From Syntrophaceae bacterium UBA6252 (lineage in GTDB: Bacteria; Desulfobacterota; Syntrophia; Syntrophales; UBA6807): a stretch of 64,000 bases of DNA. Where the stretch lies: the NCBI GenBank assembly GCA_002441265.1, contig DJVQ01000022.1, positions 24,290-88,289 on the forward strand. The letters are read 5' to 3'. A program made the position numbers and the translations under genes. How positions within the stretch are numbered: the first letter of the stretch is position 1; each line of letters begins with the position of its first letter. Below the pieces are notes generated by a model that ran no database searches, was not told the DNA's origin, and saw only the letters and a list, made by a program, of their open reading frames with translations. Shown here in pieces: positions 35,446 through 46,472 of this stretch.

Positions 35446-38058
35446 TCATGCCCCCTTAAGGCGCTTCTGCCATTCGGCGAGACGATTCAGGGCGTCCAGC
35501 GGCGTCAGGCCCGTGACGTCCGCCCCCCGGAGTTCCCCCAGCACCCGGTCCTCCTCGCTCGCGAACAGGCTGAGCTGCCTGGGCCCCTTCGCCGGGGGCG
35601 CCTTCTTCCCCCGGGCGATCCGGGGCTGGCCCACGTCGTCCAGCTCTCCCTTTTCCAGGTTCCTCAGGATCTCCTTGGCCCGGCCGATCACCTCGCCGGG
35701 AACGCCGGCGAGCTGGGCCACCTGGATGCCGTAGCTCCGGTTCGTGCCCCCCTCCACGATCTTTCGCAGGAAGATGATCCGGTCCTCCCACTCCCGGACG
35801 GCCACGGAAAAGTTCTTCACCCCCTCCCGGGTCCGGGCGAGGTCGATGAGTTCGTGGTAATGGGTGGCGAAGAGGGTCCGGGCGCCGAGGCGGCCGGCGT
35901 CCTCGATGTATTCCGCCACCGCCCAGGCGATGCTGAGCCCGTCGAAGGTGCTCGTCCCGCGGCCCACCTCGTCGAGGAGGACGAGGCTTTTTCTCGTCGC
36001 CCTCCGGAGAATGCTGGCCACCTCGGTCATTTCCACCATGAAGGTGCTCTGGCCCAGGGACAGGCTGTCCGACGCGCCGAGCCGGGTGAAGATCCGGTCG
36101 ACGATGCCGATCGTCGCCTCCCGGGCGGGAACGAAACTCCCCATCTGGGCGAGAAGAACGATGAGGGCCACCTGGCGGATGAAGGTCGACTTCCCCGCCA
36201 TGTTCGGGCCCGTGATGATGAGAAGGCGGTTCTCCCGGCAGTCCAGGGCGGCGTCGTTGGGGACGAACCCCTCGGGAAGGTCCATCCGCTCCACCACGGG
36301 ATGACGGCCGTCCCGGATTTCGATCCCGTCGCCCTCGTCGATCCGGGGGCAGCAGTACCGGTACCGGTCCGCCACCCCGGCGAGGCACGCCAGGACGTCC
36401 AGGTCGGCGAGCAGGGAGGCCGTCCTCTGGATCCTCCGGATCTCCCCGGCCACCCGTTCCCGGATGGCGGTGAAGATCCCGTATTCCAGTTCCCTCCTGC
36501 GCTCCTCGGCGTGGAGGACCTTGTATTCGTACTCCTTCAGCTCCTCGTTGATGTAGCGCTCGCTCCCCACCAGGGTCTGCTTCCGGACGTAATCCGGGGG
36601 CACCAGGGCCGTGTTGGCCCGGGTGACCTCGATGTAGTACCCGAAGACCTGGTTGAAGCCCACCTTGAGGGACCCGATCTTCGTCCGTTCCCTCTCCCGT
36701 GCCTCGAGCGCGGAGATCCACGTTTTCCCGTCCCGGCTCGCCGAGATCAGCCCGTCCAGGTCCGGGTCGTATCCCTCCCGGATCATGCCGCCTTCCCGGA
36801 CGGTGAAGGGGGGATCGTCCACGACGGCCCGCTCCAGGAGATCGAGAAGGTCCTCCAGGGGATCGAGACCCTCGTGGATGGAAGCGAGGAGTTCTCCTTC
36901 GAATGCCGCCGCCAGGTCCCGGATTCCGTCGATCTTTCCGATGGAGGCCCTGAGGGCCGCCAGGTCCCGGGCGTTGGCGACGCCCATGACGGCCCGCGTC
37001 CCGAGCCGCTCCATGTCCTGGACGCCCTTGAGGCGTTCCGCCAGTTCCATCCTCTCGGAATGGCGGTTTTTCAGCTCCGACACCGCGGCAAGCCGTTCCC
37101 GGATCCGTTCCGGCGACAGGAGGGGGGCGCTCATCCAGCGCCGGAGCCTTCTTCCCCCCATGGCGGTGACGGTCTCGTCGAGGACGTGGAAGAGGGACCC
37201 TTCCTTCCGGTTCTCCTTCAGGGTGGTGAAGAGTTCCAGGTTCCGCCGGGCCGCCTGGTCCATGACGAGGTAACGGGCGCTTCCGTGCCACTCGATCCGG
37301 TTGATGTGGGACAGCCCTTCCTTCTGGGTTTCCCGAACGTATCGGAGAACCGCACCGGCGGCCCGCAGGACGGTTTCGTGCCCTTCGAGACCGGCCCTTT
37401 CGAGGGTCTCCGCGGGAAAATGGGCCCCCAGGAGTTCCTCCGCCCCACTGCGGTCGAAGCACGCCGGGGGAACGACCCGGACGATGGCGGGCAGGTCCGC
37501 CCGAAGGGGCGCCCCGTCACGGTCTTCCTGGACCAGCATCTCACGGAGGTTCAGGCCGTCCAGTTCGTCCTCCAGGGCCTCCGTCCCGTCGAACTCGGCC
37601 ACCCGGAACTCCCCCGTGGAGATGTCCACGAAGGCGAGCCCCTCGGTCCCGCCGGCGCGGCAGACGGCCCCGAAATAGTTGTTCTCCTTCTCCGAAAGGT
37701 TGGCGGGGTCCAGGACCAGCCCGGGGGTGACGACGCGGATCACCTCCCGCCGCACGATGCCCTTGGCCTCCTTCGGATCCTCCACCTGCTCGCAGATGGC
37801 CACCTTGAACCCGCGGCCGATCAGTTTCGCGATGTACCCGGCGGCGGCATGCCAGGGGAAACCGCACAGGGGAACGGCATCCTCCTTTCCCTTGTCCCGG
37901 GAGGTGAGGGTGATGTCGAGGATCGGGGCGGCGGTCACCGCGTCCTCGAAGAACATTTCGTAAAAATCCCCCATCCGGAAGAAAAGGATGCAGTCGCCGT
38001 ACTGCTCCTTGATCTCCCGGTACTGTCTCATGGCGGGAGTGAGGGAATTCACTCCCAT
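35446..38058 (-). CDS. mutS: DNA mismatch repair protein MutS
   Basis: Motifs are [14 protein letters not shown]...[20 protein letters not shown] and [14 protein letters not shown]. Confidence 0.95.
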   Translation of the reverse strand: MGVNSLTPAMRQYREIKEQYGDCILFFRMGDFYEMFFEDAVTAAPILDITLTSRDKGKEDAVPLCGFPWHAAAGYIAKLIGRGFKVAICEQVEDPKEAKGIVRREVIRVVTPGLVLDPANLSEKENNYFGAVCRAGGTEGLAFVDISTGEFRVAEFDGTEALEDELDGLNLREMLVQEDRDGAPLRADLPAIVRVVPPACFDRSGAEELLGAHFPAETLERAGLEGHETVLRAAGAVLRYVRETQKEGLSHINRIEWHGSARYLVMDQAARRNLELFTTLKENRKEGSLFHVLDETVTAMGGRRLRRWMSAPLLSPERIRERLAAVSELKNRHSERMELAERLKGVQDMERLGTRAVMGVANARDLAALRASIGKIDGIRDLAAAFEGELLASIHEGLDPLEDLLDLLERAVVDDPPFTVREGGMIREGYDPDLDGLISASRDGKTWISALEARERERTKIGSLKVGFNQVFGYYIEVTRANTALVPPDYVRKQTLVGSERYINEELKEYEYKVLHAEERRRELEYGIFTAIRERVAGEIRRIQRTASLLADLDVLACLAGVADRYRYCCPRIDEGDGIEIRDGRHPVVERMDLPEGFVPNDAALDCRENRLLIITGPNMAGKSTFIRQVALIVLLAQMGSFVPAREATIGIVDRIFTRLGASDSLSLGQSTFMVEMTEVASILRRATRKSLVLLDEVGRGTSTFDGLSIAWAVAEYIEDAGRLGARTLFATHYHELIDLARTREGVKNFSVAVREWEDRIIFLRKIVEGGTNRSYGIQVAQLAGVPGEVIGRAKEILRNLEKGELDDVGQPRIARGKKAPPAKGPRQLSLFASEEDRVLGELRGADVTGLTPLDALNRLAEWQKRLKGA

Positions 38059-38465
38059 CGGTCCTTCCCCTTTTGCCGAAGTTCGATCACGTCATCCCCG
38101 CCGCCCCCCCGGGGCGGGCGCCCTCCCCTTTCCGCCAGGAGGTTGAACAGAAGGCCCACCACGCTGATGACCACGGCGCCCAGGACGGCGGCCCCGAACC
38201 CCCGGACGACGAAGCCGGAGATGACGCCGGAGACCATCAGGAGGAGTATGGCATTGATGACGAACGTGAACAACCCGAGGGTCAGGACGTTGAGCGGAAG
38301 GGTGAGAAGGAGGAGCAGGGGCCGGAAAAGGACGTTCAGGACCCCGAGGACGGCCGCCGCGGAGAGGGCCGACGGGAAGTCGCGGACAAAAATTCCGGGA
38401 ATCAGGTGCGATGCGGCCAGGATGGCCATCGTGAGAACGGCCCACCGGAAAACGAGAAACAGCAT
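38049..38465 (-). CDS. phage-holin-4_2 family membrane protein (YvlD-like)
   Basis: It has four hydrophobic helices and the motif [30 protein letters not shown]. It overlaps the mutS start by 10 nt. Confidence 0.7.
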   Translation of the reverse strand: MLFLVFRWAVLTMAILAASHLIPGIFVRDFPSALSAAAVLGVLNVLFRPLLLLLTLPLNVLTLGLFTFVINAILLLMVSGVISGFVVRGFGAAVLGAVVISVVGLLFNLLAERGGRPPRGGGGDDVIELRQKGKDRWE

Positions 38466-38487
38466 CCTTACTCCTCCTTACGCTTCT

Positions 38488-38778
38488 TCAGTTCCACTTG
38501 CGGAAAGCCCCCTTCTCGGCCCCGCACTCGGGACACACCCACCATTCGGGGAGCTTCGAGAAAGGCGTTCCCGGCGGGATTCCCTGGGTGGGGTCCCCTT
38601 TGGCCGGGTCATAGACATAACCGCAGATGGGGCAGTAGTATTTCTGCGCGTCCTCCGTCCCTTCCGCCCGCGACACCCGGGGCAGGAAGGGCAGGACGCC
38701 CGCCGCGACGGCGAGCACGGAGGCGACGGTCCGAAGAAACCCCCTCCGGCTGAGGGTCTTTTCCGATGATCTTTCCAT
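38488..38778 (-). CDS. rubredoxin with an N-terminal twin-arginine (Tat) signal peptide
   Basis: It begins [32 protein letters not shown]...AEG. A canonical rubredoxin follows ([12 protein letters not shown]...WVCPECG). Confidence 0.8.
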   Translation of the reverse strand: MERSSEKTLSRRGFLRTVASVLAVAAGVLPFLPRVSRAEGTEDAQKYYCPICGYVYDPAKGDPTQGIPPGTPFSKLPEWWVCPECGAEKGAFRKWN

Positions 38779-38793
38779 GGCGGCACCTCCCTG

Positions 38794-39429
38794 TCATGGG
38801 TACTTCACCCGGAGGTCCATGACCTCCCGGCGGTATTTTTCATGGATCATCTTCCCGTCATACTCGCACATCCTCTGGAGCAGTTCCTGCTGCTCCGCCT
38901 TGGAAAAGGCGTCCAGGCTGGGCAGGAAAAGGACCTTGTCCTCCTTCCGGATGTGCTCCCGGTAAAGACCGGGAAGTTTTCCCAGGGCGTTTTCGATGTC
39001 CTTCCGGGCGGCCTGGTCCCCCTTCTCGTACCGGTCAAGCGCCCCGGCCAGTTCCCCGATGATTCCCCGCGCCTGCTGGTGCTCCCGGATCAGTTCCTCC
39101 ATGAGCGACCGCTCCGCGGTGGGGATCTTCTTCTTCGCCAGTTCGTGGAAATAGATCTTTTCCTCCTTCCCGTGGTGGACCTCGTCGCCGTAGGTGTGGA
39201 AAAAATCCACGATCGCCGCAACCGCCGCCGTGTCCACTTTTCCCGTCCGTTCCATTTCGCCTTTCACCGCATCGATCACGGGAAGTATCTTTTCGATGAG
39301 CCTGTGCTCGATCATCATGGGGGCGACCGGCGTCATCGGCCCCCTTTCGGCAGGTACGGGTGACACCGCAAAAAGGATCAGGACGATCGCAATGAAAACC
39401 GGCAATAAAAAAACTTTCACTCGATCCAT
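38794..39429 (-). CDS. hemerythrin (HHE cation-binding) domain protein with signal peptide/anchor
   Basis: It has an N-terminal hydrophobic segment (VFLLPVFIAIVLILFAV). Hemerythrin-like His/Glu motifs follow (MMIEHRLIEK, HHGKEEKIYF, HIRKED). Confidence 0.7.
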   Translation of the reverse strand: MDRVKVFLLPVFIAIVLILFAVSPVPAERGPMTPVAPMMIEHRLIEKILPVIDAVKGEMERTGKVDTAAVAAIVDFFHTYGDEVHHGKEEKIYFHELAKKKIPTAERSLMEELIREHQQARGIIGELAGALDRYEKGDQAARKDIENALGKLPGLYREHIRKEDKVLFLPSLDAFSKAEQQELLQRMCEYDGKMIHEKYRREVMDLRVKYP

Positions 39430-39553
39430 GGCCTTCCTCCTTTCTCCGTGCCCGGATTGTGCGAATCACGGGAACGTGATAAAAAAACAACGTTCAATGT
39501 AGCACAAGAAGGGGGTCCTGGCAATTTCGCCGGCCCGGCACGGAAGGGGTCCA

Positions 39554-39991
39554 ATGAAAAACGAAGCCCTGAAAAAAGTCCTCACGGAGCAGCGGTTCGC
39601 CGTCCTGGCCACCCACGACGAGGGCCAGCCTCATGGAAGCCTCGTCGCCTTCACCGTCTCCGGCGATTTTCGGAACCTGTATTTCGCCACGATCCGGGAA
39701 ACCCGCAAGTACAAGAACATGGCGAGGGACCCCCGGGTGGCCCTCGTGGCGGACGACAGGATGAACCGGGAGTCGGACCTGACGCGGGCGGTCGCCGTGA
39801 CCGCCGCCGGCGAGGCCCGTGAAATCACCGGGAAGGAGCGGGCGGAAGCGGCCGCCGTCTTCCTGTCCAGGCACGGCGGGATGAAGGATTTCCTTGAAAA
39901 CCCCCGGTGCGCCCTGATGAAGGTCTCCGTGGCGAAATACTTCGTCGTCTCTGAATTCGGGAACGTGGAGGAGGTGGTTCCCGTTCCCTAG
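39554..39991 (+). CDS. pyridoxamine 5'-phosphate oxidase family (FMN-binding split barrel) protein
   Basis: Motifs are FAVLATHDEGQPHGSLVAF, YFATIRETRKYKNMARDPRVAL. Confidence 0.75.
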   Translation: MKNEALKKVLTEQRFAVLATHDEGQPHGSLVAFTVSGDFRNLYFATIRETRKYKNMARDPRVALVADDRMNRESDLTRAVAVTAAGEAREITGKERAEAAAVFLSRHGGMKDFLENPRCALMKVSVAKYFVVSEFGNVEEVVPVP

Positions 39992-40902
39992 GCGGGCCGG
40001 ACAAGAAGCCAGCGGTACTCCCGGGCGTGATCGAGAAACTCGTAGAGGATCTCCCATTCATCGGAGGACACGGCCCGCATCCGAAATACGAACCGCATCT
40101 TCGGCGTGTTTTCCACGCCGAGGAAGTCGAGGAGGGACCCCGTCTCCACCGTCCGGCCCCAGGCCCGGGCCACCCGGACGAGATGGGAAAAACGGATGGT
40201 GAACTCCGAGTGCCCCGTGAGCCGAATCTCGCGGGGATAGCCGTCCGGCGTCAGACCCTCCCAAAGATATTCCATCCCCCGGGGAACGACGGGATCGCTC
40301 GCATGTTCCGTGAGCAGGGCGGAGACACCCCTCCTGCAGAGGGCCTCCACCAGGGACAGGGCTCCCAGGTTGAAATGAAAGGGCTCCTTTTCGGGAATTT
40401 CCAGGCCGTACTGCCGGACGAACCGGTCCACTTCCGGGGGAAGCCTCCCGGGGTCTACGTTCGTCCAGGTTTCCAGGTCTCCCATCATTTCATTCAGGAT
40501 GAAGCAATGGATCCCGGAAAGGGCGGACACGAGTTCGACGGCGTCGCCGCAGAGAAAGGACGTCCGGTCCGACCAGGGCCCGAGCGCCCGGCGCTGTCTC
40601 TTCAGCAGGTAACGGGAGAGGTCCGCCATGACGACGTGGCCCACGCGGGTCCCGTGTTCCTCCAGGAGCCCCCGCATCAGGCTCCCGTACCCTCCCCCGA
40701 TTTCACAGATCCGGCAGCCCGGCGGGAGCAGTCCCCGCCCGTCAAGGAAGGCCCCCACGAGGGCTCCGTAGGGTTTCCTGACCGTAAGCGCGCCCAGGGA
40801 GGGAGACCCGGCCCGGGCCAGGGATTCGCAAACGGTGTACTCGGTAAAGAGGTCGATGGCCCCGTTCCGGTGATAATCGTCGGTTCGATGGATCGAAGTC
40901 AT
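39988..40902 (-). CDS. class I SAM-dependent methyltransferase-like protein
   Basis: The motif I-like sequence is ICEIGGGYGSLMRGLL. The start was chosen at MTSIHRTDDY. Confidence 0.6.
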   Translation of the reverse strand: MTSIHRTDDYHRNGAIDLFTEYTVCESLARAGSPSLGALTVRKPYGALVGAFLDGRGLLPPGCRICEIGGGYGSLMRGLLEEHGTRVGHVVMADLSRYLLKRQRRALGPWSDRTSFLCGDAVELVSALSGIHCFILNEMMGDLETWTNVDPGRLPPEVDRFVRQYGLEIPEKEPFHFNLGALSLVEALCRRGVSALLTEHASDPVVPRGMEYLWEGLTPDGYPREIRLTGHSEFTIRFSHLVRVARAWGRTVETGSLLDFLGVENTPKMRFVFRMRAVSSDEWEILYEFLDHAREYRWLLVRPA

Positions 40903-40930
40903 TTTACGGCGCTCCTCGCCCCCATGCCTC

Positions 40931-41275
40931 ATGAGCGGAAAACAGTCTGAAAATAAAGAGAATGCCCCCTGCCGCCGGTGCGGAATGTGCTGTCAAACCC
41001 ATTTTACCTTCTACGTGAAAGACGGCGATCTGGCAAGATGGAGAAAAGAGGGAAGAACGGACATCCTGGAGCGGCTCGAAAGGGACGAGGCGGTCTGGGC
41101 GGGAGACCGGTTCGTCCACAGGAGGAACGGGCACTTGGTGCGTTCCTGCCCCTTTCTCGTCCGGGAGGGCGGCCGGTTTGCCTGCGCCATTTACGACACA
41201 CGTCCCCGGACCTGCAGGGACTACCGGCCGGGATCGAACGAACTTTGCCCCCTCCATCGCCCGGCCCGGGGCTGA
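40931..41275 (+). CDS. YkgJ-family cysteine-cluster protein
   Basis: Motifs are CRRCGMCC and CPFL...CAIYDTRPRTCRDY. Confidence 0.75.
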   Translation: MSGKQSENKENAPCRRCGMCCQTHFTFYVKDGDLARWRKEGRTDILERLERDEAVWAGDRFVHRRNGHLVRSCPFLVREGGRFACAIYDTRPRTCRDYRPGSNELCPLHRPARG

Positions 41276-41403
41276 CGTCCCGGGCTTCGGGGGGATCGAT
41301 CATGGAACGAAGGGGAAAGATCTGATAAAAGAACGTCCATGGGGGCTGCCGGCCGCCGGAAAGCCACGGGCGACAAACATCACGGAAAAAGGAGGGAAAC
41401 GTC

Positions 41404-42120
41404 ATGATGAAAGCGATTCGAACCATCCTGCATGCGGTCGTCGTCCTTGTCGTCGTTCCATCCCTGTTTCTGACGCTTTCCGGCTGTGCGGCCCATGATC
41501 CCGCCAAACCCGCAGCGGCCGGGGAACCCGCCTCTTCCGGGTTTTTCGGCGATCCGTCCCTCTACGTCCGGCTGACACCCGGACCGGAGGGCGGAGCGAA
41601 ACTGCGCTGGGTGAAGGAAGCGGCGGACCCGAAACGATACGACAGGTTCATGGTGGACGGCGTCACATTCTTTTTTTCGGACAAGTCGGAATACAAGGGC
41701 ATCGATCCCCAGGAGACGAAGGATCTGGCGGACCGGTTCAACCGGGAAATCGTGAAGGCCTTCAAGGATAAGTACCCGATCGTGGCGGAGGCCGGTCCCG
41801 GCGTGGCGCGGATCCGGATCGCCATCACGAGCATAAAGCCGAGCAAACCGGGCATGAGCGCCGTCACGTCGATCATCCCCATCGGGCTGGGCGTCAGTCT
41901 CGTCAGGAAAGGCGCCACGGGCGGCTGGTCCGGCAGCGGGGAAACGGGCATGGAGCTGATGGCCCTCGACAGCATGACCGGAGAGGTCCTCGCCCTCGCC
42001 GTGGACCAGCAGAAGGCGGCCTTCGAGTCGCGGTTTTCCAAGTGGGGATCGGCCGACGACGCCTTCAAGTTCTGGTCGGAGCGGATCGTGGCGTTCATCG
42101 ACGGCGAGATGAAAAAATAG
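41404..42120 (+). CDS. lipoprotein, DUF3313-like
   Basis: The lipobox is LTLSGC. The family assignment is from recall of overall sequence character only. Confidence 0.5.
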   Translation: MMKAIRTILHAVVVLVVVPSLFLTLSGCAAHDPAKPAAAGEPASSGFFGDPSLYVRLTPGPEGGAKLRWVKEAADPKRYDRFMVDGVTFFFSDKSEYKGIDPQETKDLADRFNREIVKAFKDKYPIVAEAGPGVARIRIAITSIKPSKPGMSAVTSIIPIGLGVSLVRKGATGGWSGSGETGMELMALDSMTGEVLALAVDQQKAAFESRFSKWGSADDAFKFWSERIVAFIDGEMKK

Positions 42121-42202
42121 GGACCGTGTTTCCCCCATATTTCCGTTGAATTTCTCTCGATCTTCCGATAGAATTCGCCACTTCTTTTCAAGGGAAGGAA
42201 TC

Positions 42203-44149
42203 ATGGCAAAGAACGTCACGGAAAAAATACTCGAGGCCCATCTCGTTTCGGGCCGTCCGTCGCCGGGAGAGGAAGTGGCCCTCCGGATCGACCAGACCCT
42301 CACCCAGGACGCCACGGGAACCATGGCCTGCCTCCAGTTCGAAACCCTGAACATCCCGAGGGTGCGGACGGAACTCTCGGTGAGCTACATCGATCACAAT
42401 ACCGTTCAGGTGGGATTCGAAAACGCCGACGACCACCTCTACCTTCAGTCGGCCGCGCGGAAATACGGCATGTTCCTTTCCCGGGCGGGAAATGGAATCT
42501 GCCACCAGGTCCACCTGGAGCGGTTCGGAAAACCCGGAAAGACCCTTCTCGGGTCGGACAGCCACACCCCCACGGGAGGCGGCATCGGGATGGTGGCCAT
42601 CGGCGCGGGCGGCCTCGACGTGGCCATTGCCATGGGAGGCGGCCCCTTTTACCTCTCCTGGCCGAGGGTCATCGGCGTCGAGCTTTCGGGAAAGCTTCCC
42701 CCCTGGATCTCGGCCAAGGACGTGATCCTGAAGGTCCTGGAAATCTTCACGACCCGGGGAAACGTGGGGACCGTCCTGGAATACTTCGGGGAAGGCGCGG
42801 CCGCCCTGTCCGTTCCCGAACGGGCGACGATCACGAACATGGGCGCCGAGTGCGGCGTGACGACCTCCGTCTTCCCGAGCGACGGGCAGACGAGAAAATT
42901 CCTCCGCGCCCAGGGCCGCGAGGGAGACTTCACCGAGTGGTCCGCGGACCCCGGCGCGCGGTACGACCGGGTCGTGTCCATCGACCTTTCCCGGCTCGAA
43001 CCTCTGGCCGCCGCCCCCCACAGCCCGGAAAACATCCGGACGGTGCGGGATCTCCTGGACCTGCCCGTCCAGCAGGTCTGCATCGGAAGCTGCACCAACT
43101 CCTCCTACAGGGACCTGGCGACGGTGGCGAAGATTCTCGAAGGGAAAACGGTCCACCGGGACGTGAGCCTCATCGTTTCACCGGGTTCGAGACAGGTTCT
43201 CGAAACCCTCGCCCGGGACGGCCACCTGGCGGAACTCATCCGGGCGGGCGCGCGGATCGCCGAAAGTTCCTGCAACTTCTGCATCGGCAACAGTTTCAGT
43301 CCCCCATCCCGGGGAGTGTCCCTCCGGACGTCCAACCGGAACTTCCAGGGCCGCTCGGGAACGAAGGACGCCGATGTCTATCTGGTGAGCCCCGAAACGG
43401 CTGCGGCCGCCGCCCTCTCCGGGAAGATCGCCGATCCCCGGGACCTCCCCATGGCGTATCCCGCGGTGGTTCCGCCGGAATCCTTCCGCATCGACGACGG
43501 CATGATCCTCCGGCCGGAGGACGAGCCCGACCCCGGGTCCGTCGTCCTTTACCGGGGGCCCAACATCGGAAGCCCGCCGAAGAACGATCCCCTCCCGGAG
43601 GACATCGACGGCGTCGCCGCCATCAAGGTGGGCGACCGGATCACCACGGACCACATCATCCCCGCCGGGGCCCGGATGAAGTACCGCTCCAACATCCCCA
43701 GGTACTCCGATTTCGTCTTCGAGGGGCTCGACCCGGACTTTGCCGGAAGGGCCGCCGCGAACCGCGACCGGGGGCTTCACAACATCGTCGTCGCCGGGGT
43801 CTCCTACGGCCAGGGTTCCTCCCGGGAACACGCCGCCATCTGCCCCATGTTCCTGGGGGTGAAGGCGGTGATCGCCCGGTCCTTCGAACGGATCCACGCG
43901 GCCAACCTCGTCAATTTCGGGATCGCCCCCCTGGTCTTCGGGGACGGCGGGACCTGGGAACGGATTGACGCCGGGGACCGCCTTTACATCGCCGGCGCCC
44001 GGAAGCAGATGGGGGAGAAGGAATCCATCACCATTCACAACCGGACAAAGGGATTCACCTTCGAGACGATCCTCCTTCTCACGGAACGCCAGAGGCGGAT
44101 TCTCCTCGCGGGCGGGGTGCTGAACCTTGCCGGCGGCCATGGGGACTGA
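42203..44149 (+). CDS. aconitate hydratase (aconitase family)
   Basis: It begins MAKNVTEKILEAHL. Further motifs are DQTLTQDATG, GSDSHTPTGGG, IGSCTNSS and NRNFQGRSG, followed by a swivel domain. A GGAAGGA RBS lies upstream. Confidence 0.85.
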   Translation: MAKNVTEKILEAHLVSGRPSPGEEVALRIDQTLTQDATGTMACLQFETLNIPRVRTELSVSYIDHNTVQVGFENADDHLYLQSAARKYGMFLSRAGNGICHQVHLERFGKPGKTLLGSDSHTPTGGGIGMVAIGAGGLDVAIAMGGGPFYLSWPRVIGVELSGKLPPWISAKDVILKVLEIFTTRGNVGTVLEYFGEGAAALSVPERATITNMGAECGVTTSVFPSDGQTRKFLRAQGREGDFTEWSADPGARYDRVVSIDLSRLEPLAAAPHSPENIRTVRDLLDLPVQQVCIGSCTNSSYRDLATVAKILEGKTVHRDVSLIVSPGSRQVLETLARDGHLAELIRAGARIAESSCNFCIGNSFSPPSRGVSLRTSNRNFQGRSGTKDADVYLVSPETAAAAALSGKIADPRDLPMAYPAVVPPESFRIDDGMILRPEDEPDPGSVVLYRGPNIGSPPKNDPLPEDIDGVAAIKVGDRITTDHIIPAGARMKYRSNIPRYSDFVFEGLDPDFAGRAAANRDRGLHNIVVAGVSYGQGSSREHAAICPMFLGVKAVIARSFERIHAANLVNFGIAPLVFGDGGTWERIDAGDRLYIAGARKQMGEKESITIHNRTKGFTFETILLLTERQRRILLAGGVLNLAGGHGD

Positions 44150-44186
44150 CAAAAAAAACGCACCTGAAAAGAACAAAGGATTTGCC

Positions 44187-45416
44187 ATGACAGCGGAATA
44201 TCGCCGAATCGCCATGAAGACCCCGCTCGTGGAGCTCGACGGGGACGAAATGACCCGGGTCATGTGGGAAATGGTGAAGAAGAAGCTTCTCCTGCCCTTC
44301 GTAGACCTCCGGGTGGAATACTACGACCTCCATCTCGGCAACCGTGACCAAACGGACGACCAGGTCACCCTTGACGCCGCGAGGGCCATCATGAAGCACG
44401 GCGTCGGCGTCAAATGCGCCACCATCACCCCCAACGCGGACCGGGTCCGGGAATACGGGCTGAAAAAAATGTGGAAGAGCCCGAACGGGACCATCCGGGC
44501 CATCCTCGACGGGACGGTTTTCCGGAAACCCATCCCCGTGAGGAACGTGCATCCCTTCGTCCGTTCCTGGAAGAAACCCATCGTCATCGGCCGTCACGCC
44601 TACGGAGACGTCTACAGCGGGACGGAGGTCCGGATCGAACGCCCGGGAAAGGCGGAGATCGTTTTCACTCCCGGAGACGGCGGGAAGGAGGAACGCCTCG
44701 CCGTCCACAATTTCACCGGCCCCGGGATCGTCCAGGGGGTCCACAACACGGACGCGTCCATCGCCGCCTTCGCCGAAGCCTGCTTCGCCTTCGCCCACGA
44801 GGAGAAGATCGACCTGTGGTTCAGCACGAAGGACACCATCTCGAAGGTTTACGACGCCCGTTTCCGGGAAATCTTCGAGGAAACCCACGACCGCTGGAAA
44901 GAACGGTTCCGCTCCCGGGGGATCGAGTACTTCTTCACGCTCATCGACGACGCCGTGGCCCGGATCGTCCGTTCCGAAGGGGGAATTCTCTGGGCATTGA
45001 AGAACTACGACGGCGACGTCATGTCGGACATGGTCGCCGCTGCCAACGGGAGTCTCGCCATGATGACGTCGGTGCTGGTCTCCCCCCAGGGGTACTTCGA
45101 GTACGAAGCGGCCCACGGGACCGTCCAGAAGCACTACTACCGGCACCTGGAGGGAGGGGAAACCTCGACGAACTCCATGGCCCTCATCTTCGCCTGGACG
45201 GGAGCCCTCCGGAAGCGGGGCGAGATGGACGGGCTCGAGGAACTTGCCGGATTCGCCGGCAGGCTGGAGGAAGCCTCCCTCGAAACGGTGGAGGCGGGAA
45301 TCATGACGGGGGACCTTCTCGCCGTGGCGGACGAAAGCCCGTCAAACCGCAAGGTCAGCACGGAAGCCTTTATCGATGCCATCGCAGAACGTCTCGCCGG
45401 AAAGCTCCGGGGATAG
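44187..45416 (+). CDS. icd: NADP-dependent isocitrate dehydrogenase
   Basis: Motifs are PLVELDGDEMTRVMW, GVKCATITPN, KPIVIGRHAYGD, NYDGDVMSD and AHGTVQKHY. Confidence 0.9.
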   Translation: MTAEYRRIAMKTPLVELDGDEMTRVMWEMVKKKLLLPFVDLRVEYYDLHLGNRDQTDDQVTLDAARAIMKHGVGVKCATITPNADRVREYGLKKMWKSPNGTIRAILDGTVFRKPIPVRNVHPFVRSWKKPIVIGRHAYGDVYSGTEVRIERPGKAEIVFTPGDGGKEERLAVHNFTGPGIVQGVHNTDASIAAFAEACFAFAHEEKIDLWFSTKDTISKVYDARFREIFEETHDRWKERFRSRGIEYFFTLIDDAVARIVRSEGGILWALKNYDGDVMSDMVAAANGSLAMMTSVLVSPQGYFEYEAAHGTVQKHYYRHLEGGETSTNSMALIFAWTGALRKRGEMDGLEELAGFAGRLEEASLETVEAGIMTGDLLAVADESPSNRKVSTEAFIDAIAERLAGKLRG

Positions 45417-45432
45417 GCCGGACCTGAAGAAC

Positions 45433-46443
45433 ATGACCCTTCCCGAGATGGAGGAATTCCTCTCCCATCTCGGCAGGGAGAAGTACCGGGCCCGGCAGAT
45501 CTTCAAGTGGATGTACCGGAAGGGGACGGTCCACTTCGAGGAGATGACCGATCTCGCCCGGTCCTTCAGGGAGGAGATCTCCTCCCTGGCCCGGATCGGC
45601 ACCGTCGAAATCGCCGACTCGACGACGTCCCGGGACGGAACGAGGAAATTCCTGTACACCCTCGAGGACGGCCTCACAGTCGAGAGCGTCCTCCTTCGGG
45701 AAAGGAACCACTGGACGCTTTGCGTCTCCACCCAGGCGGGATGCCGGATGGGATGCCGGTTCTGCCTCACCGGGACCTTCGGGCTGAAACGGAACCTCCG
45801 CCCCGGGGAGATCACGGGACAGGTGACGGCCCTCCGGCTCGGCATCCCCGAGGGACCGGACATCCGGAACCTGGTCCTGATGGGGATGGGCGAGCCCCTG
45901 GACAACTACGACAACGTCCTTCGGGCCATCCGGATCCTCACGGACGACTGCGGCCACGGCTTTTCGAACCGGAGGATCACCGTTTCCACCTGCGGCCTCG
46001 CGCCCGCCATCCCGGACCTCAGCAGGGACTCGGCGGTCAATCTCGCCGTGTCCCTGAACGCCCCGGACGACGAAACGAGAAACCGCCTCATGCCGATCAA
46101 CCGGAAATACCCCCTGGCGGCCCTCCTCGCCGCCTGCCGGGACTACGAAATGCCCCTGAGGCGGAGGATCACCTTCGAGTACATCCTCATCAAGGGGGTG
46201 AACGACTCGGTGGCGCAGGCGCAGGAACTGGCCCGCCTCCTCCGGGGGGTCCGGTGCAAGATCAATCTCATCCCGTTCAACGAGTTCCCGGAGTCGGAGT
46301 TCCGACGCCCGACGGACGAGGAAATCGAAGCCTTCCGGAACGTGCTCGTCGAACGGAATTTCACGGCCATCGTCCGGGCCGGCAAGGGCCTGGACATTCT
46401 CGCCGCCTGCGGGCAGCTGAGCGGACGCCGGCGCCCCGAATAG
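45433..46443 (+). CDS. rlmN: 23S rRNA/tRNA (adenine-C2)-methyltransferase RlmN
   Basis: Motifs are YRARQIFKWMY, the radical SAM CRMGCRFC, and LMGMGEPL. Confidence 0.9.
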   Translation: MTLPEMEEFLSHLGREKYRARQIFKWMYRKGTVHFEEMTDLARSFREEISSLARIGTVEIADSTTSRDGTRKFLYTLEDGLTVESVLLRERNHWTLCVSTQAGCRMGCRFCLTGTFGLKRNLRPGEITGQVTALRLGIPEGPDIRNLVLMGMGEPLDNYDNVLRAIRILTDDCGHGFSNRRITVSTCGLAPAIPDLSRDSAVNLAVSLNAPDDETRNRLMPINRKYPLAALLAACRDYEMPLRRRITFEYILIKGVNDSVAQAQELARLLRGVRCKINLIPFNEFPESEFRRPTDEEIEAFRNVLVERNFTAIVRAGKGLDILAACGQLSGRRRPE

Positions 46444-46472
46444 CGGCAAAGAAGGCAGAAAGGAGAATCCTC

